Below are positions 13,824 through 24,990 of a stretch of 64,000 nucleotides of DNA, piece by piece; the stretch's first letter is position 1, and each line of letters starts with the position of its first letter. This DNA is from Tricharina praecox (taxonomy: Eukaryota). The position numbers and the translations under genes are program-made. Location of the stretch: NCBI RefSeq assembly GCF_024521635.1, contig NW_026250414.1:806001-870000 (forward strand), written 5' to 3'. The notes beneath the pieces were generated by a model, which saw nothing but the letters and a program-made list of their open reading frames with translations, was not told the origin of the DNA and did no database searches.

Positions 13824-14177
13824 CGTGTGTTGGTGAAGAGGGGGGGGTGGGGGGGGAGGGGTGAGGTAAGCGAGTGGTGGCGGGGGTAGAGGGGTTCGCG
13901 TAGTGTGGCCTCTGGACGTCCGCTAGTTCATGATGCAGCACTCGCGTTTCGTTCTCGTTTCTCGGGGATGCCGAGATCGTTGGGATGGTGGAGTTCGCTT
14001 GGCTGTGCATATCAGTGGAAGCGTGATCTCGTAATCATGTAGCGCATTTTGCTCAGCCGTGTTGTGTGCTCCGTCCCGACTCTCGTCCCCATGCATCTTT
14101 GATGCGAGAATTCAAACCACGCTTGTATATGCCATACCTATCTCCCTATCCCGGCAAGAATCTTGCATCACTCACAA

Positions 14178-14231
14178 AACATCCTCTCCATCCTCTCCAT
14201 CCTCTCCATCCTCTCCATCCTCTCCATCCTC
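14178..14231. repeat. (CATCCTCTC)n 9-bp tandem repeat
   Basis: Direct reading, ~5-6 copies. Confidence 0.85.
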
Positions 14232-14594
14232 TTGTAGACCTTCCAAGTTCCACCGTACAAAACCTAATTCCTAATTCCCAATTCCCATACAGCAGACTCT
14301 ATATCCATATACAGCAGCAGGGTGCACGAATTACGTATGTAGAACTTTGCATAGATAGATCATAGAAGCAATTAATTTCCTTTCCTGTGATACCAGTAGT
14401 CCACAACCCAGATCCAGACCCGCATTGTTGGGGCCGCTAAGAAAACTCTGCTATTAACAAACCAGTGGTCCCTTCAAAACCCCCCACTGCCCACCATCCC
14501 GGCGTCCCAGCGTCCCCTCCATCTCATCCTCGCATCCACGCATCCACGTGGCATCGCACCTCATCGATCGCACCGCACATCCCATCCCACAGCA

Positions 14595-15581
14595 ATGCAG
14601 CTCCTCACCCTCCTCCCCCTGCTCCTAAGCCTCTGCCCCTCCTCACAGGGGCGCAACCTCCCCCCGCCCGGGCCGCCGTCTCACCCAGCGGTGTACATCG
14701 ACTTCGACGGGACGATCGCGATTAGCGAAGCATTCGAGAACCTCGCGACGACGGCGTACCTCTCCGTCTCCTCCAGCTCCGGGATCCCTCCCTGGTCTCA
14801 TTTCGGCGACCTCTACATGGCCGACTACTACGCGGCGATTGGGCACCTGCCGAAGCCGACCACAATCTTGGAGGAGCTGCACCTGCAGGCGCTGCCGAAC
14901 CTGACGAGGGCGGAGAGGGATTCGTTTCACCGCGTCAAGGAGAGTGGCGTGTTTGATAGCGCGAGCGAGATGGCGCTGCGCGAGGAGGCGGCGACCGTAA
15001 AGGTTAGGCCCGGGTTTTGGGAGTTTGTGGCTGAGGCGGAGAAGCGTGGGGTGAGGGTTAGTGTCCTCTCGAGGAACTGGTCGGTTCGGTGGATCCGCAC
15101 GGTGCTGCGCGAGTCGGTGGGCGCCGGGAAGCTGGCGGAACGGCTATACATCTATTGTCCCGAGATCCTGCCCGACGGTGTGCTCGCGGCGAACCCGAGG
15201 GATCGCCCGGTCGATGTGTTCTCTGGGGATGATAAGAGGGAGGTTATGAAGCGGGAGCGCAGGGGCAGGGAGGAGATCGTGTTCATTGGCGATGATAACA
15301 GCGATTTGGCGCCGATCCTGCAGTACCCCACTGTCGTCGGTGTGGTGGCCGGCCTGGATGCGAAGTCGGCCAGGACGATTAGGCGCGAGCCTGGCGTCAA
15401 TCTGTGGCGTGCGGCTGATGGGTTCGTGAAGCGCACGAGTGTCGCCCGTGGTGCCTATGTGCTGGAGGACTTTAGGGAGATGATCACGCTTCTGGAGTGG
15501 GATACGGCTTTGAAAAACGAGACGATGCCGTCGCCGAAGAAGAAGTATCGCAAGGAGTCGAAGGGTGGTCGTGGTTATTAA
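14595..15581 (+). CDS. HAD-superfamily phosphatase (Cto1/thiamine-phosphate-phosphatase-like) with N-terminal signal peptide
   Basis: Motif I IDFDGT, motif II VLSRNWS, K in SGDDK, motif IV FIGDDNSD; hydrophobic N-terminus MQLLTLLPLLLSL. Confidence 0.8.
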   Translation: MQLLTLLPLLLSLCPSSQGRNLPPPGPPSHPAVYIDFDGTIAISEAFENLATTAYLSVSSSSGIPPWSHFGDLYMADYYAAIGHLPKPTTILEELHLQALPNLTRAERDSFHRVKESGVFDSASEMALREEAATVKVRPGFWEFVAEAEKRGVRVSVLSRNWSVRWIRTVLRESVGAGKLAERLYIYCPEILPDGVLAANPRDRPVDVFSGDDKREVMKRERRGREEIVFIGDDNSDLAPILQYPTVVGVVAGLDAKSARTIRREPGVNLWRAADGFVKRTSVARGAYVLEDFREMITLLEWDTALKNETMPSPKKKYRKESKGGRGY

Positions 15582-15682
15582 GGCTTCGTCTGGATGAAGC
15601 GAATGTAATACGCGCCAAGCGCTAGCAGTAGTGAGTAGAAGAAAGAAATATATAATGTAATTCAGCATTCCGCGAACCGACT

Positions 15683-17181
15683 TTACCGCACATCATAACC
15701 TATCGGCATTTTTGGCGGCTTGCGCAGCTCCATCGCATGAAACTTCGTGGCCTCAGGTCTATGAAAGAGGAGTTTCTCCACCAACTTCGGCCTGCCCGTC
15801 TCGACTGCCACTTTCCACTCGTACTCCATCCCCGATGCCCCAAACAGCTCGCCACACATTTCGAGCCAGACCTCGATGATCCTCAACCGCGGGCCGCGAG
15901 GGGTAATGTTTCGGACAGGGACGTAGGCCGAGAAGTAGTAATCGCGAGCGTGGTCGTCCTCAACATGAGACACCGCCATGTTCACCGCCAAGAAGAAGCC
16001 GTCGATCAGGACTCCATAAGAGTACGGGGGATACGCATCTTCTCCGGTGCCGGCCCCTCCATCGACGCTCCGCCGCATGACACCTAGCAGCTTCCGCAGC
16101 ATACCAGCGGCGCGTTCGCAATCCGGCCTCTCTGCCGACACCTGATCGAACACTGAAAACGCCTCACGAACCAGCGAACACGGCGGCGGCGGCTCGGGAA
16201 TCCACAAGTTGTCCTCGCCCATCAGCAGCAGGGCCTTGACAGCGTCGGAAATAGTCGACGCTAGTATCGCATCGAGCACACCCTGGACATGCGTGTCCGG
16301 GGCGCGGACGCGCACGGGCCTCCCGCCGTCTCCACGGCGCTCGTAGGGGTGGTCCCCCGGGGACTCGTAGCCCAGCTCGTATGCCACAGCCGCGGCGGGG
16401 GTGCGCCAGAACGACACGCACTGGTTTTGCGCGAGGATGCGCAGGGCGTCGGCCATGCCGCCCAGCGCCAGATCCTGCCCGTCGAGCAGAAACAGGTTCT
16501 CGAGCGCGCGCAGCAGCTCCTCGAGCTGCGCCACGGAAAGCCCGCTGCACGCGCCGCGCAGCGCCCGCGCCGTGTAGTACGGGAAGCCCTCGAAGCCATG
16601 GCGGTCGAGCGCCTGCAGCAGGCGGGGCTTGCGCGCGCTGGGCGCGCTGGCCCACAGGTCCCCGTGCCGGCTCCGCGCCTTCATGTCTTTTTCCAGCAGC
16701 TCGCGGAAGTGTGGGCATGTGCTGATGTAGACGACTGGCGGCAGGCGCGGCGCTTGGATCAGGTGGTGGAGGACGTCGCCTACTTCGGATGCGGAAAGCC
16801 GACGCGGCATGATGGGGCGGACGTACTGGCAGAGGCCGCGGCAGGTCGTTGCGAGAGAGCCTAGGTCGCGCAGCGGGAGGCAGGCGAGGACCAAGTCTAG
16901 GACTTCGGGGAGCAGGCCCACTAGGGTGCTGTAAGGGCCCAGTATGGTCAGACGGAGATCATGAGGGGCGGAGGACGGACGACTGACGGCGCAACCGAGC
17001 TTTCGGTCCCCACACCGCCTGGCTGCACGTTTCTATCGTCGTCGTGGTGGCGAACGGTTGCGATGGACTGCGAGACATCGGGAGGGGCTGATGGCGATGG
17101 CGGCGATGGCGGCGATGGAGGGGGCAGTTGCTGCGGGGGAGTGCGGGTGTCATCGGTCTTGCGTCTCTTTGGCACATGCAT
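15683..17181 (-). CDS. F-box protein; probable intron 16987-16929
   Basis: F-box LVGLLPEVLDLVLACLPLRDLGSLATTCRGL. A GTCAGT...CTGAC...CAG intron joins the upstream MHVPKRRKT exon (basic NLS-like) in frame. Confidence 0.7.
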
Positions 17182-18464
17182 TGATTGTTGGAGATACTGG
17201 GGGCAGTTGCAGGTTGCAGCTCACAGCTCAGGATGGGATTACCGACCGGAGCACAAGCAGGCAAGCAAGGACACTGACTGCAACCAGGCCGCTGCAACTT
17301 ATATGTACGCTGGGGACAGTGACAAGTGACGCCTGGGATGGGATGCACACACACACGGCGGACACAGTGCAGATATCACGCATTTCACATTACGCATCAC
17401 ACATCTCGCACCACACACATGGACACGGCACGCACGGAGCCTTGCCGACAGCGGCCTCAACGTTCTTCAGATGCTGCTGTTCTAGAGTTGACGAACTCTA
17501 GCATTCTCCCCCATCCGGCACACTAGCCATAGTCGAGCGGCAACAGCTGCTCGGTTCCGACGCCTGTTGGATACATAGCCTTTTTTCATGCGCATTGCGA
17601 AAATGACCTGTCATACCCGACGCTCAGCCTCCGCTCTTCTCTTCTCGAAGCATCGCTGGTGGGCCACTAGCCGACGGGACTGCGGGATGCGGGATGTGCG
17701 GAGCACGAGAACATGCACTAAGCATGTTTCAATCAACTCTCAATCAGAACTATGTACAATGATGCTCTTCTGTTGTCTGGGAACCACCGCCATGAGAGGA
17801 GCGATATGTGGGATGGACTGGGGATCAGATAAGATAGCAGGAGTGGCTAGCCGGATTGGGTGGCGCCGAACGGTGGAGGTATCAAGTCTCCAAAGTTGAA
17901 CAGAACCTCAACTTCTCATTCATTCTGCATTTTCGCTGATCCGTTGCCGCGCTACGTTATCTTCTCTCTCTCTCTCATCGAGGTCTCGGAACCACTGACT
18001 CATCTCATCTCATCTCATCTCACCGTGAGTGACAATTCATGCAAACCTCCAACCGTCAGCTCCAACCATCGCTTGCAACTTGCAAGTTGTCAATAGGCAG
18101 CTGGTGGTGAAATTGCAACGGATACCTAAGTAACGGCCGATAGCTGAATACCAAACTGGATTGACATAGGAGAGCAGCCGGTGACGCCTATCATGTCTCC
18201 ACAACGGCGTATTGAGAGGAAAAGTTAAAGGGCCATGGCGACTTGGCTGCAGTGTCCGGGCCGATAGTTACGGCGCAATTCCCAGACCTAAAAGTTGTGT
18301 TTCCCTACCAGTACGATCGTCGCCGGCAGGTGCTGATGTCGGATACGAGTAGGTAGCATTCACCCTCAGTCCTCGCCGCCTGAAGTGAACCAGTCAGCAT
18401 CATCCACAGCCCCACTCAGCAAATTCCCTCCTTGGTCCGCAAAAGACCAAAGCAAAAAAGCAGC

Positions 18465-18569
18465 TGTCCGGTGCGAGGATCGAACTCGCGATCTTCGGAT
18501 TGCCGCCACTGTGTGGAAGTCATACTGAAGCATATGAGACCGACGCTCTGCCAACTGAGCCAACCAGAC
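18465..18569 (-). tRNA. tRNA-Met(CAU), second copy, 32-nt intron (18532-18501)
   Basis: Mature sequence identical to the 12961-13062 copy except one D-loop base (T>C); T6 terminator downstream. Confidence 0.95.
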
Positions 18570-19143
18570 GTTGATTTGTGTGCTGTTTGTATCAGACGCT
18601 CAAGATGTATAGCCAGACTCCGGAATGGTAGACTGAGTCGGCGGTGGGCGGAAAGCTGAGAAGCAAACCAAATGGAGACCTGAAGAGGACCGGGCTACCA
18701 CTTGCAGAGCGGGTGGAAAGTGGAGCGATATATACGCCGCGGAGTTGGTACATACATACCTCCGCTTCCCTGCCCTATATCGGCCATGCCATCATAAAAC
18801 GCACCCCTGGGCCGCAGGCAGCGTTCACGGTTCTTCGTATCCCTCGGAGCAAATAAACCTGAAGATCGATGCAACGATCAATAGTGTAGGTATCATACCT
18901 AGGATAAAAGTATATCCGCATCCTACTAGGTGCGCTCAGGCCAACCTTGGTCCTAGTTGCCGTCCCCGCCCTCCGAGATCCTCTAGGTGAAGTTCAATCA
19001 ATCTATTCGAAGCACAAGGCTGCACCCGCTTCTGTAATATTTACAATAAAACGGCGCGGGTCGCCTGGTAGGAAGTCACTCACGCACGAAGCACGCATCC
19101 GCTCGCTCACCACTCACATCGCATTAATCGCATTCACCGCACG

Positions 19144-20118
19144 ATGAAGGCTGCAGCGATCCTACTCCTGTTGCTACCACTGTGCAGCGTAGCAACTGCC
19201 ACCTTCCCACCAGGAGCTCCTCCACCTTATCATTCCCACCCCCCTCACCCACCACCACCACCACCACCACCACCGGATCAAAACCGCACACTAACCACCC
19301 TCCTCCGCAGCGCCATCTGCGCCCCTCTGGTTGATGCCATAACGCGCTGCCAACTCCGCCCTCATCCCTCTCATCCCCACGACGACGACGCAAGAGAGTG
19401 TTTGTGCAGCCCGCCGCCGCCACCGCAGACTGCTATGTGCCATCGCGCGCTGTTCCTACTCTCTGCGCCAGGGAGCAGCGGTCGTGCGGTGTTCGGGGCG
19501 CTTGATGGGATAATACGGGAGTGCAATGCGGAGGGACCGAGGCATAGGCCGGTTGAGATCAGAATGGTGGGAGGGGATGCGGGTGGGGAAGGGGGTGGGG
19601 ATAGCGGTGGGGACAGCGGTGTTTGTGTTGCCGCTGGCGATGGCGATGGGTGGGGGGATGGAGAGGGGAAGTGGAGCTGCGTGGGCTTCTATGAGCGCGG
19701 GGGATGGTGGAGTTCGTGGGTTGAGAGGGGGGTGGTGGTTAAGGTGCGGGTTTTGGGTGGTGGGGACGATAATTCGCAAGGGGAGGGGGAGACGACGATG
19801 ACGACGATGACCGCCGCCACGACGTCGACGCCGTGCAACAGCTGTACTGTCACCGAGACCGAGACTGCGACTGCGATCGAAACTGCGACTGCGACCGAAA
19901 CTGCGACGCTCATGCTGCCGCATCCACCGCTACCGGCGCCACCACCACCCCCTCCACGGCCAAACCTACCACGGCCAACACGAACCAGGATTGCGGTAGC
20001 AACGGAGTCGGGGACGCCGAGCAGCGCTGCCGGCGACGGAAAATGTGGGGGAGGGAAAGCGTTGGTACCGGCTATGGGTGCCGCCCTGGCGCTGGTAATT
20101 GTAATTGCTGCGCTGTAA
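19144..20118 (+). CDS. Secreted, probably GPI-anchored Cys/Pro/Thr-rich cell-surface protein
   Basis: Signal peptide MKAAAILLLLLPLC, Cys-rich domain, Thr/Pro-rich stalk, hydrophobic C-terminal tail. Confidence 0.7.
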   Translation: MKAAAILLLLLPLCSVATATFPPGAPPPYHSHPPHPPPPPPPPPDQNRTLTTLLRSAICAPLVDAITRCQLRPHPSHPHDDDARECLCSPPPPPQTAMCHRALFLLSAPGSSGRAVFGALDGIIRECNAEGPRHRPVEIRMVGGDAGGEGGGDSGGDSGVCVAAGDGDGWGDGEGKWSCVGFYERGGWWSSWVERGVVVKVRVLGGGDDNSQGEGETTMTTMTAATTSTPCNSCTVTETETATAIETATATETATLMLPHPPLPAPPPPPPRPNLPRPTRTRIAVATESGTPSSAAGDGKCGGGKALVPAMGAALALVIVIAAL

Positions 20119-21022
20119 TTCCGTAACTCTAAGACGTATCATAGGTAACGTAGGAGTGGGAAAAATACTTGGATGATATACGGTAGTTTAATAGATACGT
20201 CCAGTGCCTCGGGGTTGGATCTGATGCGTACTATACGAGGCGTGGCATGGGATTTCTGAGATTTTCGCTGGGTTGTGGTTTCAGGACTGGTGATCTGTGG
20301 AATTAAGAGCCGAAGGTGATTGCCGGACTCTATGGTAGGACCGTTACCCAGGCCTGTCGAGCGAAATACGAAGCGGTGACTTATCTTCCAAAGCTTCTAG
20401 AGGTTCCAGGTTTGTTTGACTTCGCTCCACTCAGAACGCCGCACTGGATGTGCTGTAGAACCTGGTGGATGTATCATGAGATATCACTCGCTTTCTGATC
20501 GTTATGTACGAGGAAAACATTCAAAATTCGAGAGAACGCCTGTGTGCAATATATTGCCCTGATGTAGCATATAGCTCGAATGGAAGCGATGCTTAACCAA
20601 AAAAAAACTATAACCGAAAGAACGCCTTATCCCTTGGGCATATACTCGTGTTCGGACTATTTGTCGATCTTCGTCGGCTCAGTAACAATAGGCACTCCAG
20701 AACCGGGTAGGACCCAGCCTGCTATTTCTCAGGCAAAGTCTCTGCATAGCTCCGCCAGCTCGAGGCACGAATACGCTAGAACCCCACATTCTGCCGTTTT
20801 GAGATGTTGAGCATCTCGTTTTGCTTTGTGGGGATCGACATGAGGCGTGCTTACATTATATCTAGTGGGACTGCTAGGATCCACGTGCATGACGTGTAGG
20901 GTGGGGAGCTCCTGGTACCTTACTAGCTCTGAGACGCGCAGCGCGTACCCCACTCGGACTCACTCATCACATATCTACCACGATCGCGACTACGACCACG
21001 GCCACTCCACGAGCACACCACG

Positions 21023-22387
21023 ATGACGACGGACACGATCCCGGAAGAGCTCCGCACGGAGCTGCTAGCGACGCTGCGGCACGCGACCGAAGAAGAAGCA
21101 TGGCTGTACCTCACGACGCGGTTTACGATAGTGCAGCGGGCACGGGCACCACGGATCGACGTCCTCAAGCTGAGCGACGACATGCTACGCGAGCACTGCC
21201 GCTTCCCATCACGCGACCTGGCGGAGATCCCGCCGCTCCTCGGGCTCCCAGAGCACTTCAGCACTTCCAGCGGGCACCGGTACTCGCGCACCGAGGGGCT
21301 ATTTTTCCTGTGCGCGCGGCTGGGCTCCCGGGAGCCGCTCGGCGCGCTCGCCGCACGCTTCGGGCTCACGCCGCCGGAGCTGGCAGAGTGCGTGAACTAC
21401 CTCGTCGCCTGGATCGATGAGAAGTGGGGGTTCCTGCTGTACGATCATAGCTCGGGCCTGCTGACAGAGCAGCGCCTCGAGCTGTTCACAAGCAAGGTGC
21501 GCCAGCGCCAGGCGGAGGCGGGCGCCCCCTGGCCAAAGGTCTACGCCTTCTTGGGAAGGCCCGTATACCGCCCGTCGGAGTGGCAGCATGAGTGCGGCGT
21601 GAGGAATGAGCTGTCCGCGCTCGATTACACTCCTGTCAAGTGCCCCGACGGATTGATTTATCACGCCTTTGAGCCGTATGACCCGCTGGGTGGTTATAGT
21701 TCGGAGGAGGAGGACGAGGAGGAGCAGGGCGAAGTGCCGGTGGGCTATGATTTGGAGAAGGGGGAGGTGCCGGTGGGCTATGATTCAGAGGAGGAGGAGG
21801 AGGAGGCGCCGGTGGGCGAGGACTCGCTCCTGTCGACTATGGTCGTCGGAATGGGCCTCGACACCGAGGAACAAATGGAGAACGCGCCGTCTCCTGTGAC
21901 GGCATCGGTTGTGCCGCCGTTTCTAGAGCTGAATCTTGAGGCCGAGGAGCAAATGGAGGATGCGCCGCCATTTCCGGTTGTTAATGTTCTGTCTCCTTTT
22001 GAAGAGATGAATCTTTTATTATCTGCGGGGCAGCGAGAGGAAGAAGAAGAGGAGGAGGAGGCGGGCGATATTTCCATGGCTAGCATGGCCAGCATGGCCA
22101 GCATCGACAGTATGGCCAGCACGTCCGAGTCGGCACGAAAACAACGAGTGCAATGGGGCTACGAGGACGTCGTCGATCTGTGGGAGTATGTGGACGATAT
22201 CGGCTCGCAGCAGCCACTGGGACCGATCTACCGGGTGGCGATCATCATGACTAACATCCACGTCTGTATCTATGGCTGCGATACTACACTGTACTTTAAC
22301 TGCACTCCGCCCGAGGTAAAGGATTACCTGCGGATGCCAGGGCTGGAGGAAGTGGCAGAGTACCAGGAAGAATACCAGGAAGAGTGA
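21023..22387 (+). CDS. PIF/Harbinger (HARBI1-like, DDE_Tnp_4) transposase-derived protein with degenerate catalytic motifs and acidic insert
   Basis: Recognisable blocks: CRFPSRDL..LLGLP, EGLFFLCARL..FG, GAPWPKVYAFL, PDGLI, RVQWGY, PLGPIYRVAIIMTNIHVCIYG..T..YF..PP..DY. Single intact ORF. Confidence 0.8.
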   Translation: MTTDTIPEELRTELLATLRHATEEEAWLYLTTRFTIVQRARAPRIDVLKLSDDMLREHCRFPSRDLAEIPPLLGLPEHFSTSSGHRYSRTEGLFFLCARLGSREPLGALAARFGLTPPELAECVNYLVAWIDEKWGFLLYDHSSGLLTEQRLELFTSKVRQRQAEAGAPWPKVYAFLGRPVYRPSEWQHECGVRNELSALDYTPVKCPDGLIYHAFEPYDPLGGYSSEEEDEEEQGEVPVGYDLEKGEVPVGYDSEEEEEEAPVGEDSLLSTMVVGMGLDTEEQMENAPSPVTASVVPPFLELNLEAEEQMEDAPPFPVVNVLSPFEEMNLLLSAGQREEEEEEEEAGDISMASMASMASIDSMASTSESARKQRVQWGYEDVVDLWEYVDDIGSQQPLGPIYRVAIIMTNIHVCIYGCDTTLYFNCTPPEVKDYLRMPGLEEVAEYQEEYQEE

Positions 22388-23520
22388 AGCTCTCCCACAC
22401 CTGATCACCTCATGCAAGATAATAAACAGCGCCCCATCCATTGTAATTTGTGGCATACCTCATGCGTCTGACGGCTACATCTGCACAGTTCGTGCAGACT
22501 CAGTGCTCTAGTGACCTTCGACGCACGGATCGGTGGCGCGCATGGTTTGGCAGGCGCGGTTGCCGCCTAACCCACCTCGTTAACTATTCTCTTACGCGGC
22601 GGATGTCGTGTGACAGGTCCGTTTAGCAATGTTGTAGTGGAACCACAAGGGCTGATGAATAACATGTATGTGCAAAAGGGAAACCTCTATGTAAAACGGA
22701 GTCCATAATACACGTCTTGCATAGTTGAACTTAAGCTCTAACTAGCTGCAGTGCCTAGCTGCCGACGATCCAACAGTTTCGGGAAGCTGGAAAGAGATGC
22801 TTTGCTGGCAGGGACGTAAATACAAGGCTCCAGCAATCAATCAATCAATCAATCAGCTGGCTCATCCGCATCCGCATCAAATCCAATGCTTTTTCTCCAG
22901 CCTCCATGGCTGCAATTGGCAATTGCCAGCGTGATTGATTGCAGATCCCGCACCTCCAGCTGAGACTCGAGAGCAAGGCTCAATCGGTAAACGGATGTTT
23001 TGCATGAAGTGTCCGTATCCATTGGATTCGATCCACGGCTTCGCTCTCGGTACGTTGGGTGCGAGCTTCTGTTGTTGCTGGTAGGCTCGCCTACGCGAGG
23101 TTTTGCTGCGAACTCTCAAACGCTACGTGGATTCGCATGATGCTGATGATGGAAGGTGGGGATCAATAACTGGCGGGATAAAAGAAAGTTGCCCAGTTGA
23201 AACATTTCGATTGATGAAAAAGCTTTATTATGTACATACCATAGATGCGGGAAGGTCCAGTCGGTTCTGTGCGTGCCCCGCCTGCCAATCGCCGGTCAAC
23301 ACGTTGACCGCTCGCATCGCCTCCGCATAATTTAAAGCCAACCTCTGTTCTGCGGCTGCGTTGTGACGCAAACTAATACGTCTATTGTGCTTCTACAGAT
23401 GTCTGCGGGTAGTGATTGCGCACACGAGCGGGGGGAATAAAACCACCCGCTGTTTCCCTGTCCGTGGGTTAGGAAGCCCCATCTTTTTTTTCCCTCCCGA
23501 GGCGAATTACCTATGCAATC

Positions 23521-24990
23521 ATGAGTTTCGGCAGTGGCATCGGGGACATCATCGCGATTACGCAGCTCGCCTGGACTGTTTGGAGCGGCTACCAGAAGGC
23601 GCCGAAGGAATTCAAGGACATCTGTGGCGAAATCCACCGGTTTGCAACTACCCTCGAGGGAGCGCCGCCGTCCTGGCCCGATGCGCAGACGCAGGACCGG
23701 TTCCAGAGGATCGTTCTCGGCTGCAAGGAGCTCCTCGAGGAGCTGAACAAGATCCTCGAGCAGAATCAATCGTTGGCGGACTCGAAGGGCAGCAAGCTTG
23801 ACCGGCTGATGTGGGGCGAGGACCTCGGCGCTCTGAGGATGCGCATCGTGACAAATATCAGCAGCCTCACGAACTTCTATACTTCGCAGCATCTGTAAGC
23901 CTGTCTGCCCACCTCGTTGTTCTGTCCATTTTCTGACGGAAAGGGTGAAAGGTATTCCTTGCACCGCATCGAACAGGAACTTGGGAAATACAAGATCGAC
24001 TCCTCGAAGATGACGGTGCCGCACACGATCACCCCACCGCTGTCCCCGCGCGCCGACTCGGCACCAGCAGGCTCGCACTGGGAGCCCCCCGCCACACCCC
24101 CGCCCTACCCCGAGCGAGCGCAAACCCTCCAGGCCAGCCCGAGCACCAAACGGCCCTCCTTTTCCGGGCGGACCTCCATCCCCTCCAACAAGAAACCCAC
24201 CCTCACCGCGAAGCTCTACAGCTTCACACACAGCCGGCAGGACCTTCTCGAAGCCATCGACCAAGAAAACCTCGCGCTGGTACAGCAGCTCGTGCACGAC
24301 TACGGACGGGACGTAAACCACGCCTCGATCGACCGCAACGGCGAGACGCCGCTGACCCTCGCCGCGGCGCTGGGGCACACGGACATCGTACGATGGTTGG
24401 TCGATAACGGCGCGGACTTTGAGCGGCGCAACCACTTCGGCTTCTCGCCGCTAGCGGCGGCCGCCCGCCTCGGGAAGCACCGCGTCGTCGGGCTGCTGCT
24501 CGAGCGCGGCGCCGACACCGAGGCGAAGGATAAGGCGTTCCGCGCCACGGTGCTGCAGCTCGCTGTCGAGGCCGGCGCCGTGGCCGTCGAGTCCGTTCGC
24601 CTGCTCCTCGAAGCGGGCGCTGACGTACATGCGACGAATTACGCCGGCAGAGAGGTCGTCCACTACCTCCAGAACACGCTCTCCCCCGGCGTCCGACAGC
24701 AGCTCATGTTCATGCTTAAAGACTACGGCGTGTCGATGCCGCGGAAGAGCAGTCGCGGCTCTGGTGCTACGCCGCCTCCGCCCTATGAAGGCTACCGCGG
24801 AAGCGCACCGGTTTCGCCATCGCAGGATGTCGATTCGTGGTATACTTCGGTGCCGTATTGGAAACGGTTTGGGAGGAATAGTCGGCCGCAGAGCCTCGGG
24901 AATAAATATGAGGGCCACCATTGGGCGTCAATGTCGCATCCGGTGCCCGATGGTTATGGGCTGTCGAATGCGGCGACAACGAGTTGGTAG
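23521..24990 (+). CDS. Fungal STAND-type N-terminal helical (SesA/HeLo-like) domain + ankyrin repeats, no NTPase; intron 23895-23951
   Basis: N-terminus MSFGSGIGDIIAITQLAWTVWSGYQKAPKEF; ankyrin motifs GETPLTLAAALGHTDIVRWLVDNGAD, GFSPLAAAARLGK..LLLERGAD. GTAAGC...CTGAC...AG intron keeps the frame. Confidence 0.8.

Noticed and set aside
21023-22387. Active Harbinger transposon
   Set aside because: Catalytic acidic residues appear lost; no TIRs or second ORF seen.
23332-24435. 367-aa minus-strand ORF
   Set aside because: Antisense shadow of the GC3-rich ankyrin gene.
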